Shown in pieces: positions 1 to 31,077 of a stretch of 64,000 nucleotides of DNA. The notes under the pieces are model-generated. The model was given only the letters and a program-made list of their open reading frames with translations. It made no database searches and was not told where the DNA came from. The translations under genes were made by a program, and so were the position numbers. Source of the DNA: the human T2T-CHM13v2.0 reference genome, Homo sapiens; assembly GCF_009914755.1 (NCBI RefSeq), contig NC_060933.1. One strand, 5' to 3'. How positions within the stretch are numbered: position 1 is the first letter of the stretch; each line of letters starts with the position of its first letter.

Positions 1-3662
<3,662 letters not shown>

Positions 3663-4029
3663 AAATAAAAAGGAAATTGCAATCAAGGTAATTTAGCGAA
3701 GGTGTTCCTAACACTCCACATGCAGAGTCTGACTTTCCCGGGTCAATTTTTCATTCACAGCTGTTGAGTCTGTGCTTTTCCAGACAATCTTGTCCTCAGG
3801 AAACGCAGGCTTTCTTCAGAGCACACCACTGCTGTCCCCAATGTCCTTTCAAGCTGCAAGTGTTGATGCACATGTGCAAGCATTGAGGCAGATGGCATAG
3901 TTGCCACCCAGTCACAACAATCACAAAATATGTCTTGATTTTAGAGATGGTAACATGGGAAGCGGGGGAAGCACATCTGAGAGTGAATGAAAGATGGTGT
4001 CAGCGGTACCTTGTTCAAAAGTACTAGGG

Positions 4030-5550
4030 CACTCTTTTGTTATAATGTTAGGTGTGTGAGGCCTCAAGAAACAGAATCCCTCTGACCTTTTCCTGCCTTC
4101 CTTTCACCTGCCTTAAGGCAGGACTCTAATCTAATCTTCCCCCCAACTTTCTTTTTTAGACAGGATTTTACTCTGTCACCCGGGCTGGAGTGCAGTGGTG
4201 CAATCAAGGCTCACTGCAGCCTCAACCTCCTGGGCTTAAGTGATCCTCCCACCTCAGCCTCCTGAGGAGCTGGGACTACAGGTGTACGCCACCATGCCTG
4301 GCTAATTTTTTATTTTTTGTAGAGATGAGGTCTCACTAAGTTGCCCAGGCTGGTCTTGAACTACTGGAGGCAAACAATCCTCCTGCCTTGGCCTCCCAAA
4401 ATGTTGGGATTTCAGGCATGAACCACCTTGCCCCTTCTGATCTTGGATTTTTTTTTTTTAATTATTACACTTTAAGTTTTAGGGTACATGTGCACAATGT
4501 GCAGGTTAGTTACACATGTGTACATGTGCCATGCTGGTGTGCTGCACCCATTAACTCGTCATTTAGCATTAGGTATATCTCCTAATGCTATCCCTCCCCC
4601 CTCCCCCCACCCCACAACAGTCCCCAGAGTGTGATGTTCCCCTTCCTGTGTCCATGTGTTCTCATTGTTCAATTCCCACCTATGAGTGAGAACATGTGGT
4701 GTTTGGTTTTTTGTCCTTGTGCTAGTTTACTGAGAATGATGATTTCCAATTTCATCCATGTCCCTACAAAGGACATGAACTCATCATGTCCTTTGTACAT
4801 CATCATTTTTTATGGCTGCATAGTATTCCGTGGTGTATATGTGCCATATTTTCTTAATCCAGTCTATCATTGTTGGACATTTGGGTTGGTTCCAAGTCTT
4901 TGCTATTGTGAATATTGCCGCAATAAACATATGTGTGCATGTGTCTTTATAGCAGCTGATCTTGGATTTTAAGGCTCTCCTCCTGTGAGAGGGTCCCACC
5001 TCACACCCTGGGGGAAGGAATGACAGCATCATGAAGCTTCCATGAAAACCCAAGAGAACTAGGTTCTAAGAGCTTCCGCATAACTGACCATGCTGAGGTT
5101 CCTGGAGGGCAGCTGCCAGGGGAGAGCATGGAAGCTCCACGCTACTTTCCCTGTATCTCGCCCTGTGCATCTCTTCATCTGTATCCTTTGCAATATCCTA
5201 TATCATAAACCACTAAACACACTTCCCTGAGTTCCGTGAGCCACTCCAGCAAATTAATCAAACCCAAAGAGGGAATCATGGGAACCCCAACTTGAAGCCC
5301 ATCAGTCAGAAGTTCCAGAGGCCTGAACTTGCTGCTGGTGTCTGAAGTGGGGGTGGTGGGTAGTCTTGGGGACTGATTCTCCAACCTGTGGGATCTGACA
5401 CTATCTCCAGATAGATGGTGTGCAAAGTGAATTGGAGGACACCTACCTAGTGTCTGATGCTTGGTGCATGGGGAAAACCCCCCAGACATTTGGTCACAGA
5501 AGTCTTCTATGTTGATGACTGTTGTGGTGGTTTGAGAGGGTTTTTCCTGA
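4030..5550 (+). mobile_element. MER21-like LTR interrupted by an AluJ (~4150-4436, -) and an L1PA 3' end
   Basis: MER21-type text (cctgagttccgtgagccactccagcaaattaatcaaacccaaagaggg...agtcagaagttccagaggcc); family from recalled consensus. Confidence 0.7.
4452..4955 (-). mobile_element. 5'-truncated young L1PA (3' UTR plus end of ORF2) with 15-bp TSD
   Basis: Typical L1PA 3' end (ttaagttttagggtacatgtgcacaatgtgcagg...); ORF2 C-terminus KDTCTHMFIAAIFTIAKTWNQPKCP; TSD ctgatcttggatttt at 4437-4451 and 4956-4970. Confidence 0.93.
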
Positions 5551-5674
5551 AACAGGCACCTATTCTATGCCAAGCCTGTGCAAGGGGTAAGAGACTGACT
5601 CAGCCCTGCCCTGAGGGATATCAGGGAGCCACAGAGGAGAAGACATCAAACAATCTTGCAGATAAAATTGTTTA

Positions 5675-7010
<1,336 letters not shown>

Positions 7011-7993
7011 TCAGGTCTGGCTAGTTCTGGCACCTGTGCTTTCAATCCCCACTGGAGGGGCCAGAGGGAACTGAGTCTCTGATCCACCTCCTTTACTGCC
7101 CAGCTAGGGAAACTGGTGCGTCGGAAGGGGAGGGGGCTTGCCCTAAGTAGCACAGCAGGGCAGGATGTAATCTAGAACCCAGGTCTCCAGGCTCCCAGAT
7201 CCCCTCTCCCACCAATCCTCAGCAGAGCTGGCCAGACCTTGGCCAAAGCCCCAGCTCCCTGAGTCCCAGGGAAATTATTAGTGCTTGAAGAGCAAAGGGT
7301 TGTCCCTTCTTAGGGTCCAGGAAGCTGTGTCAGCCCTGTCCCCAGTTCCCAGTTTGCACTGGTGGTAGCTGGTTAGAACCTGAATCCCAGAGCCCTCTAA
7401 TGGCCAGGCCAGGGCCACAGTGGATCTGGACTCTGGATGCAATAGAGTGAGACCTGCACACGCCTTCCTCCACCCACTCTGCTGGGGACAGATCGAATTC
7501 CAGCCCCACTGACCTCCCAGGCCCTCTGAGCCTTCCAACCATGCTTGACGGCAAAAGGGCCCTGAGCCACCCGGGAACAGAGCACCAAGATCTCAAGGAC
7601 GGCCAGCCAGGCACGTCTGCAGCCCCTCCCCTCAGCACACCCCCAGGACTGAAGATCCTGGACAGACAACCTACTGTTCTTGCTTACTTTTTCAGGAAAA
7701 ATTTCTGGAACTGAACTGAACGTACTGAACTTCAAATCTTTCATCTAAAGATTTTTTGAGACGCCATCAGCAAATTGTCCTCTTGGGATTTTGCACCAAT
7801 TTACACCCCTCCTAACAGTCTGAGGAATGCTGTCCCCACCCCCTATCACCGCTAATGCCTTGGACCCTCTTTTTTGTCTTTGCTAGTCCAATAGGCCACC
7901 CCTCTCGCTGTTGTTTTAATTTGCACTGTTTGTCATTGAAGAGAGATTCTCAGACTCCACTGTCTGTGGAGCTTGCTAGAAAAATGGAAAGGT

Positions 7994-11677
<3,684 letters not shown>

Positions 11678-11693
11678 TGAGGTCGGGAGTTCA

Positions 11694-11933
<240 letters not shown>

Positions 11934-12139
11934 TCATTGCACATCAAAGTTTGAGAAACATTGTTGTAGCAGAATCCTTCTGTCCCCTGTACCCCATGTC
12001 ACTGAGACCTCTCCTGCTGGAAGGTGTGGTTTCAGTGGGGGCTCTTCTGTGAGGACCAGCTGCATGTTGGAGGAGGGTGTCCTGAATCACAGCACTGTCA
12101 TTTTACAGATAAGGAAACTGAGACCTTGAAATAAACTAC

Positions 12140-12845
12140 ATCTTAGGGAAGGATCTCTTGGTTACAAGTAATATAAATCATCTGAGTTGGCCGGGTGCGG
12201 TGACTCACACCTGTAATCCCAGCACTTTGGGAGTCCGAGGCAGGTGGATCACCTGAGGTTGGGAGTTCGAGACCAGCCTGACCAACATGGAGAAACCCCG
12301 TCTTTACTAAAAATACAAAATTAGTCGGGTATGGTGGCACATGCCTGTAATCCCAGCTACTCAGGAGGCTGAGGCAGGAGAATCACTTGAACCCGGGAGG
12401 CAGAGGTTGCAGTAAGCCAAGATTGTGCCACTGCACTGCAGCCTGTGTGACAGAGTAACACTCTGTCTCAAAAAAAAAAAAAAAAAAAAATCCAGCTGAA
12501 ATCTTTCTGTCTTCTACTTAGCTTTCCCCTGGGTAACACCCCCATCCCCAAGCACCTCAGGTTTTGATCCTTCCACCTTGAAAACTTCAATGGAAAGAGC
12601 AAAAGTCTAGGGTGGAGTCTCATTGGTCTGGGTGGGTCATGTGCTCATACCTGAACCAATCACTATGGGCAGAGGATGTGTAACCCTTGTGGGTCAGCCA
12701 ATCACTATGGGCAGAGGATGTGTAACCCTTGTGGGTCAGCCAATCACTATGGGCAGAGGATGTGTAACCCTTGTGGGCCAGCTCTGGGTCACATCCTCAT
12801 CATGGGAGCCAGAATTGGGATCCTGTCTCCAAACTGCATGGACTG
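12140..12845 (-). mobile_element. MLT1 (ERVL-MaLR, MLT1J/K-like) LTR remnant, interrupted by an AluS (12189-12490)
   Basis: Motifs ctcattggtctgggtgggtcatgtgctcatacctgaaccaatcact and ctgggtcacatcc, typical of old MLT1 LTRs. Confidence 0.6.
12656..12781. repeat. Minisatellite, 3 x 42 bp
   Basis: Unit ccaatcactatgggcagaggatgtgtaacccttgtgggtcag at 12656, 12698 and 12740 (third copy has 1 mismatch). Confidence 0.97.
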
Positions 12846-13967
<1,122 letters not shown>

Positions 13968-14073
13968 ACTAAGAGTGGAGGAAAGATGGTTCCCCAAAAC
14001 AAGACCAAATGCCACCGCTGAGATGAGGCCTGAGTACTGAGCAGGCATTAAAACAGCCAGAAAAGATCAGGAA

Positions 14074-19095
<5,022 letters not shown>

Positions 19096-19383
19096 TAAAA
19101 AGAAAGAGAGAGAGGGAGAGAGAGGAAGGGGAGGGGAGGGGAGGGGGGAAGGGAGGGGAGGGGAGGGGGGAAGGGAGGGGAGGGGGAGGGGAGGGGGAGG
19201 GGAGGGAAAGGGAGAAAAAGGGAGGGGAAGGGAGGAGAAGGGAAGGGAGGGGAGGAGAGGGAAAGGGAGAAGAAGGGAGGGGAAGGGAGGAGAAGGGAAG
19301 GGAGGGGAGGAGAGGGAAAGGGAGAAGAAGGGAGGGGAAGGGAAGAGAAGGGAAGGGAGGGAGGAGGGGAGGGAAGGGAAGAA
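19096..19383 (+). repeat. GA-rich polypurine low-complexity tract extending an Alu tail
   Basis: ~290 nt containing only G and A (gggagggg/gggaaggg units). Confidence 0.95.
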
Positions 19384-19859
19384 GCGACTCCAGGTAGCAT
19401 GAGAGTTAAGAGAGAGGACGTCCAGGGGGCCATGGGCATGAGCAGCAGTGAGAGCTAGCCTGGACCGGTGGGAGCTGGAAAAAGACCTCTTGAGGAAATA
19501 AGCAGAGCCCTGGAGGCTACCCAGGAGCTGGGCAGGGGAAGAGGTGGGGCAGGGAACCAGCACATTCTGGCACAGCCTCTAGGGCTCTGCCACCGGACAG
19601 ACCATTTTGAGAACCACATCCCCCTTTGTAAACCTCCATACTGAAGTTAGTTCATCATCTCTAACCAAAAGACTGGGTTTGTCCCTGCCAGTTCCTCCCA
19701 GCAGGCACTCTTTCGCACCCTCTGAGAACCTCGACTGATTGGTCTAGAATTTCTGCAAGGGTCAGGAAGGCAGTTCAGGGAGATTTCCAAGCAAGGCATG
19801 TGAGTGAGCCGTCTTAGGGGTAGAGGCCCAGCCCCAGAGGGGCAGGTCCAGCTGCCACT

Positions 19860-19985
19860 GAGAAAAGGACAAGCTGTTCCCTCTGGGACCTGATCAAATT
19901 GCAAAATCATGAGCAAATAAATGATCATTGTTTTCAGCCACTAAGTTTCAAGTTGGCTTGTTACACAGCAAAGACAACTGAAGCA
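19860..19985 (+). mobile_element. MLT1 LTR 3' end
   Basis: gagcaaataaatgatcattgttttcagccactaagtttc...ttgttacacagcaaagacaactgaagca. Confidence 0.65.
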
Positions 19986-20279
19986 AGCAGCTACTGGTGT
20001 TGAGTACCTGCCGTGTGTCCCCCACTGTGTTCTGTGTTCTGTGAGCAACAGCTTGTTAACTTCACCCATCCTCCTTATCAGAGAAGGATTTTTAGAGAAA
20101 TTAAATAATCCCATCCTAGAGCACAGTCGGGAAGTTAGAGACAGGCAGACTCTGAAGCCCCCACATTTACTTGTGAGGAGCCTGGCTCCTGGCCACAAGC
20201 CTACATGTGATCTCTCAGTCCCAACCAGAAGCAATGACAAAGGCTGAGCCTGGCAGGCCTCAGTGGGGTGGCAGGAGGG

Positions 20280-21260
20280 GGCAGCTGCCCTCCCCACACC
20301 AGACTTGAGACACAACCAGTGAGTTGCAGTCATGGAGTCAGCTCCCCAGCCGGTCATGCCCTTGCACATACTGCAGACCCAGCCCAGGTGCCTCTATTCG
20401 GTGGCCCCTATCAGGGGGTCTCAACTGAAGCCTTACCCAGGTGCCTCTGCCAGGACCTCCTGGCAGGAGTGTGGCATGTGGGGAATCTTTTCTTTCCTTT
20501 TTTTTTTTTTTGGAGACAGAGTCTTGCTCTGTCGCCCAGGCTGGAGTGCAGTGGCGTGATCTCAGCTCACTGCAACCTCTGCCTCCCGGGCTAAAGTGAT
20601 TCTCCTGCCTCAGCCTCCTGAGTAGCTGGGATTATAGGCCCCTGCCACCACTCCCAGCTAAGTTTTGTATTTTTAGTAGAGACAGGGTTCACCATGTTGG
20701 CCAGGCTGGTCTCGAACTCCTGGCCTCAAGTGATTCACCTTCCTTGGCCTCCCAAAGTGCTGGGATTGCAGGTATGAGCCACTGTGCCTGGCCTAATTTT
20801 TGTATTTCCCTCTTTTTTTAATTTTTATTATTATTTTTTTTCTGGGTAGAGACAGATTTTTGCCTTGTTGCCCAGGCTGGTCTCAAACTCCTGGGCTCAG
20901 GAGATCCTCCTGATTTGGCCTCCCAAAATGCTGGGATTACACAAGCCCAGCCAGTGAAAGGAATCTTGAACACTCTTTACTATCAGTAATTTTCCACTCC
21001 TAGCCCTTCTCCCTCTTGTCCCCCCCCGACCCCCACCAAGGCCATAAAACAGCAGGAGTCTTTTTTTCCTGAGGATTCCCTCAGCAGTGAGAAGACACCC
21101 CCTTGTGTAATACATCTCACCCTTACCTGGTGCTGTCCTGTGGGGAAAAAAATGGAACATAAGGGGAGTGGCGTTTTCTCCTCTTGGTTACGCCAGCATA
21201 GTAAGCAATTACAGGCTTCACTGTTACTTTCACTGTAGCCTGTTGTCTTCATGGACTAAG
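20280..21260 (+). mobile_element. ERVL-type LTR remnant (MER74/MER54-like) interrupted by Alus (20495-20950, -)
   Basis: 3' text ggcttcactgttactttcactgtagcctgttgtctt resembles the MER73/74 group; weak, recalled match. Confidence 0.35.
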
Positions 21261-21619
21261 GTAAGGGGACAGCTCAGCAGTCTCCAACTTGCGCACCCGC
21301 CTCTTTCAGAGCAATTGCAGCCACAGCCTCCTGGCGGTGGCCTCTTCCCTGTACTGGCCTTGGTTCCCATGTCCCCAGTCAGCCTTAAGTCCTTCCCACT
21401 CTGCTTTCTGTGCCCCTGCCACCTTCTAGTTCCAGGGTCGCATCCTTTGTAATCCCATTCAAACCACAGAGCTCCCATTGTGACATCAAGACTTGGTAGT
21501 TACCACTTCGGATTATCGGCCACTGTAATGACGATGACAGCAGCTGTATTTATTGAGCATGAGCTATTCCCAGCACTGCCTTGTAGATCTGTTGGGCAAA
21601 CATTATTGAAGAAAGAACT

Positions 21620-24890
<3,271 letters not shown>

Positions 24891-24931
24891 GCCTCAGGTA
24901 ATTCTTAAGAGTCCCAAACACTGCCTTAAAC

Positions 24932-25163
24932 CAGGAATAGACTGACTTCTACTGTAAATGGGTCAGAGAGTAAACACTTTTGGCTTTGTGGGCCAGATGT
25001 CTCTGTAACTACTCAACTCTTGCTTTGGTGGTACAAAAAAAAAAAAAAAAAAAAGCCACAGGTTCATAAATGAATGGGTGTGGCTGTGTTCCAATACAAT
25101 TTTATTTATAAAAATAGGTGGTGAGCCTGATTTGAGTTTGTGGGCCATCGTCTGCCAGTCCCT
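24932..25163 (+). mobile_element. MER58A-like hAT-Charlie DNA transposon (MITE)
   Basis: ggctttgtgggccagatgtctctgtaactactcaactc...gaatgggtgtggctgtgttccaata...gccagtccctg. Confidence 0.75.
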
Positions 25164-25225
25164 GGTTCTCTTCTATATATAAGCAATAAAGACACAGAGA
25201 TGTGTGTATAAAAAAGTGATATGTC

Positions 25226-25231
25226 TTTAAT
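25226..25231 (-). terminator. Distal polyadenylation signal ATTAAA of NAIF1
   Basis: tttaat on plus, followed on minus by U/GU-rich ctttttt...tctctgtgtctttattg, at the boundary with the repeat-rich intergenic block. Confidence 0.55.
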
Positions 25232-25830
25232 TTAAAATTATGACCCGGAAATAACTAGTCAGTTTAAGTGATCCAGACTTCCTCTTCATACCCAAATGGA
25301 ACAGACACAATATTGGCTCAGATTTCCAACCCCAGAAAAAAACCAAACCAAGTCCTCAGGAAGTCCCTGCAGCGACCTTGCTGGGGCCATCAGACCGCAC
25401 AGAGTGGAGGTGCCCAAGCTGCTAGGCTGCTCTTAATCCAGCCACACTGAGAAGAGCTTTCCTTCTACCAGCAACTCCCTCGCTGGGTCCGATATCCCCC
25501 TTCACCTCCCTTTTAGCTGGCACTGCACGAATGCCTCCACAGAGAGGCTGACAGTACAGCAGTCACCTCCCAGCTGTCTTCGGTGCATCTTCAGGGCCAC
25601 CTTCCTGTGGTCACAATAGAGGAGTTGAGCATTCTAAACGTTCGTGCCCAGGAGGGCAGCGTCTTCTCTTTTTAGCTGAGGTCTGGAGCCCTGAGTTGTA
25701 ACCATTGGTCATATGTGGCTGAGGCACCGACAGCAAATCGCCAAACTTGGGAAACGATCTGGGGAGATGCAAGGGCCTTGGTAATTGATGGTGAGTCTGA
25801 AAATGAAACAGACAAATGGCATCTGGGTAA

Positions 25831-26259
<429 letters not shown>

Positions 26260-27277
26260 AGGGTCCCACTTCTTAGGTCAGCTTTGCCTTTTCCTCCTCC
26301 TACGTTCAGGGTCAATTATGGCTTTGGATTCACTCAGCTACTCAGAGGGAGTCTCAAGAGAACAGAAGGCACTGAGCGGTGTGGCAGGGGAAGAGTCCAG
26401 CATGTGATGCTCAGCAGGGCTTTTTTTGCACTGAATTTTGGAAATGTGGAGTCAGCAGAGAGGAAAGGAGGATGGGTGTGGCCACAGGGCAGCCTTCCTG
26501 GAGGCCTTCCTAGGAGGGGTTCACACACAGAATAAATACAACTGGCTGGATGCAAGCCTCCGCACAAAGCCAACAGGTCACTCAGACCCACTGCAGTGGG
26601 GCAGCAAGCTTCCACACTAGTTGGCTTTCTCAAAAATTTACAGCATCCAAAGCTTGACCTGAGTCAAAAGCTCTAGGGACAAACCACCAAAGGGCTGCCC
26701 AGAGATGCTGTTGAAAACCAGAGAGTGGCCAAACCGTCCCCACCATACACAGCATTCCTGAGCCAGACTGGCTGCACACTGCATGTATTACGGAGGCGTC
26801 CCAGCACACTACCTAACAAGGGCCTGCGCTGTGCCTGGGGTGGGGTCGGGGGAGAGCACAACAGTCATTGGAGTCCCCTGAGAACTGAGGCACAGTGAGG
26901 AGAAAAGGGTGGGGTTTCCTCCTCAGTCACACTACCTCCCAAAGGAGGAAGATATTATTGCTCAACTGCCAGCATCAGTGACATTACCCTACTCGAAAGG
27001 ATGGCACCTGGGGTTGGGCAGCTCAGTAGAGACCCAGGCTGGGTGACGGCCCCCAGTGACAGCCCGTTGTGTTGTTCCTTACAGTTGTCCAAGACCAAGG
27101 CTGGGTCATGTCACAAGCCCGGGGTCATGACAACACATGTCCCATCACATGCACACGTGACCCCCTGCTAACCAATCTTCTGGATCTTAGCAAGGCAGCT
27201 CAAGTAGGGGGAGTATGAGTTTGGGTCCCAGGAGCCCAACAAATTCCTCTTCTCAAAAACAGTGCAACCCCTAAGCG

Positions 27278-27283
27278 TTTATT
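27278..27283 (-). terminator. Proximal polyadenylation signal AATAAA of NAIF1
   Basis: tttatt on plus = AATAAA on minus, ~115 nt after the stop, followed on minus by a U/GU-rich tract (ttgcactgtttttgag...tttgttggg). Confidence 0.6.
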
Positions 27284-27397
27284 AAAGAGGGAGCTGTGCA
27301 CGTGGCCGGTCTAAGGCCAAGGCCAATCACAGGACCCACTTACAAGTCCATGGAGTTTTCATCCCATCATGGCAGAAGGCTGGCCTGACCCCTGCCC

Positions 27398-27870
27398 TCA
27401 CTGGATGATGCTGTCTGGCTGCCCATTCTGGGCCACCTGCCCAGGGTCAGAGGCGGGGGCCGGGTTAGCTGTGTTGCTCTGCAGGTAGCGGCGGAAATCT
27501 TTGATCATAGGCCGGAGGACCTGGATGAGGACGCTCAGGGCAGCCTGTGTGCCCTCCATGGCCTGGGCCTGGCGCTCCTGGGCACAGGCCTGCACTTCCT
27601 GGGAGCGGCGGATCATCTGCAGTAGGTCGTTCTGCTGTTCCAGGTGCTGTGCGATCTCCTTCACATGCAGGTTGGTGACCCGCTGCTCCTGTATCAGCTT
27701 GGCGGAGTTGAGAGCAATGCGGCTCTTGAGCGCTTGCGGCTTGACCGACGTGTCTGCATGCTGGGCCATCATGTCCACAGGGGTCTCTGGTGGCAGAGGT
27801 GGGGGCGCCTCAGCCGTGCAGTACTCCACCACGCCCTCCTCCAGCGTGTGATAGGTGGTCTCTGTGGGGA
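27398..27870 (-). CDS. NAIF1: NAIF1 coding exon 2 (C-terminal Gln-rich, predicted coiled-coil region; TGA at 27400-27398)
   Basis: Acceptor ctctgttctttctactgtgcAG|TC (AG at 27872-27871). The phase-1 junction A+TC gives Ile, joining ...TLTQ-I-PTETTYH... Total 511+473 = 984 nt = 327 aa + stop. Confidence 0.96.
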
Positions 27871-28030
27871 CTGCACAGTAGAAAGAACAGAGGCCAAGGG
27901 AGGTCACTTTCTGGAAGGAATAAAGCTGGCTGTATGGGGTGGGGAGGAGGCCATAAAGTCCTGTCCTGGAGGGACATAAAGGGGAATCCAGGCCTCCCCT
28001 GGCTGCATAGCTATTCACATATAAATCTAG

Positions 28031-28346
<316 letters not shown>

Positions 28347-28419
28347 GGGGTTCAGAATCTTAATCTACTTGGTAATCAAAGGGCCAGCCCTGGATCTGGC
28401 AAAAGCAAAGATGTTGATC

Positions 28420-30080
<1,661 letters not shown>

Positions 30081-30566
30081 GAGTAGATTAACACCAGGAA
30101 CCATGAGGCTCCTGAGCAGCACCTGATGAAAGATCCCCCACACTGAAAACAGAATCCAGAATCGTTGTCTCACTTGGGCAGTATTATTCCCATCAATTTT
30201 TTCAACAAATATGGCCTGGCTGTCTACTACAAGCCGGGCCCTGTGAAAAGTCCTGTGGGGATACAGACACGGTCTCTTGTTTTCAAGGACCACCCAGTTC
30301 GGCAAGTGGAGGTAAGTCATGGACAAACATGGTGGCAATGCTCAGTGGCGAGCTATCCAGCACGTCAGAAGTCCAGCCCACGTGCTGAGGAAGTCCCAAA
30401 GAGAGCAAGATCACTTCTGTCTGGGTGCTGCTCTTGGAAGGCCTCATGGTCTTCCAAGACCCCCATCTGACCTCTGACCCTTGGCAGCCAACCTTCCCCA
30501 GGCCACCCCAGAGCTTGCTGGCCCTTCCCACTTATGCACGCCGCCTGGGCAGGAGAGGTCACTCAC

Positions 30567-31077
30567 TCTGTGTCAGGGTGACCGTGGCTGCGGCTGCGGT
30601 GGCCGAGGGTCCGAGGGCCACAGGGTGGATCTCTGTGGTGCTGGGCAGGCTGATGATGGTGGCCTCGCCCAGCAGGTTGCAGATACGTTGTTGCATGGGG
30701 GTCAGCAGCACTGGGGCTACAGCTGGGCCACCGCCGCCACTGCCACCGCCTGTCCCAGGCCCCCCAGCTCCGTCCTCCTCAGTGGGCCCCGGCGCCTCAC
30801 CACCCTCCACGGCGGCCCGGACCTGGGCAACCTTGCGACGGACCTCGGTCTTGAGGTCAGACCACTTCTTCTTGACCTCAGGCAGCTCTCTGCGGCAGGT
30901 GGCCACGGCGTTGACCCTTCTCAGGATGCCGTGCCAGGCCGCACTCTTGGCGGCCAGGGGTACCCCGGCGTTGAAGTGGTTCACCAGCAGGTGCTTCTTC
31001 AGCTCCAGCTCCTCCACGATGATCTCCACCTCCCGCTCTGAGAAGTTCATCTTCCTTTTCTTGGCTGGGACGGCCAT
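30567..31077 (-). CDS. NAIF1: NAIF1 coding exon 1 (170 codons + 1 nt): NLS, Myb/SANT-like (trihelix) domain, Gly-rich linker
   Basis: [27 protein letters not shown]...[13 protein letters not shown]...[13 protein letters not shown]. Strong Kozak gccATGG at 31077. Donor ACACAGA|GTGAGT with GT at 30566-30565. Recognised as NAIF1. Confidence 0.97.

Noticed and set aside
3700-3990. Possible Tigger/MER97-like DNA transposon remnant
   Set aside because: Too diverged to assign confidently by eye.
12656-12781. CRISPR-like array or Cys-repeat peptide (MCNPCGSANHYGQR)n
   Set aside because: Contiguous tandem repeat with no spacers, in a eukaryotic LTR; the peptide is a by-product.
27871-28018. N-terminal part of the 206-aa ORF 27398-28018
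   Set aside because: Intronic read-through upstream of the true acceptor at 27872-27871.
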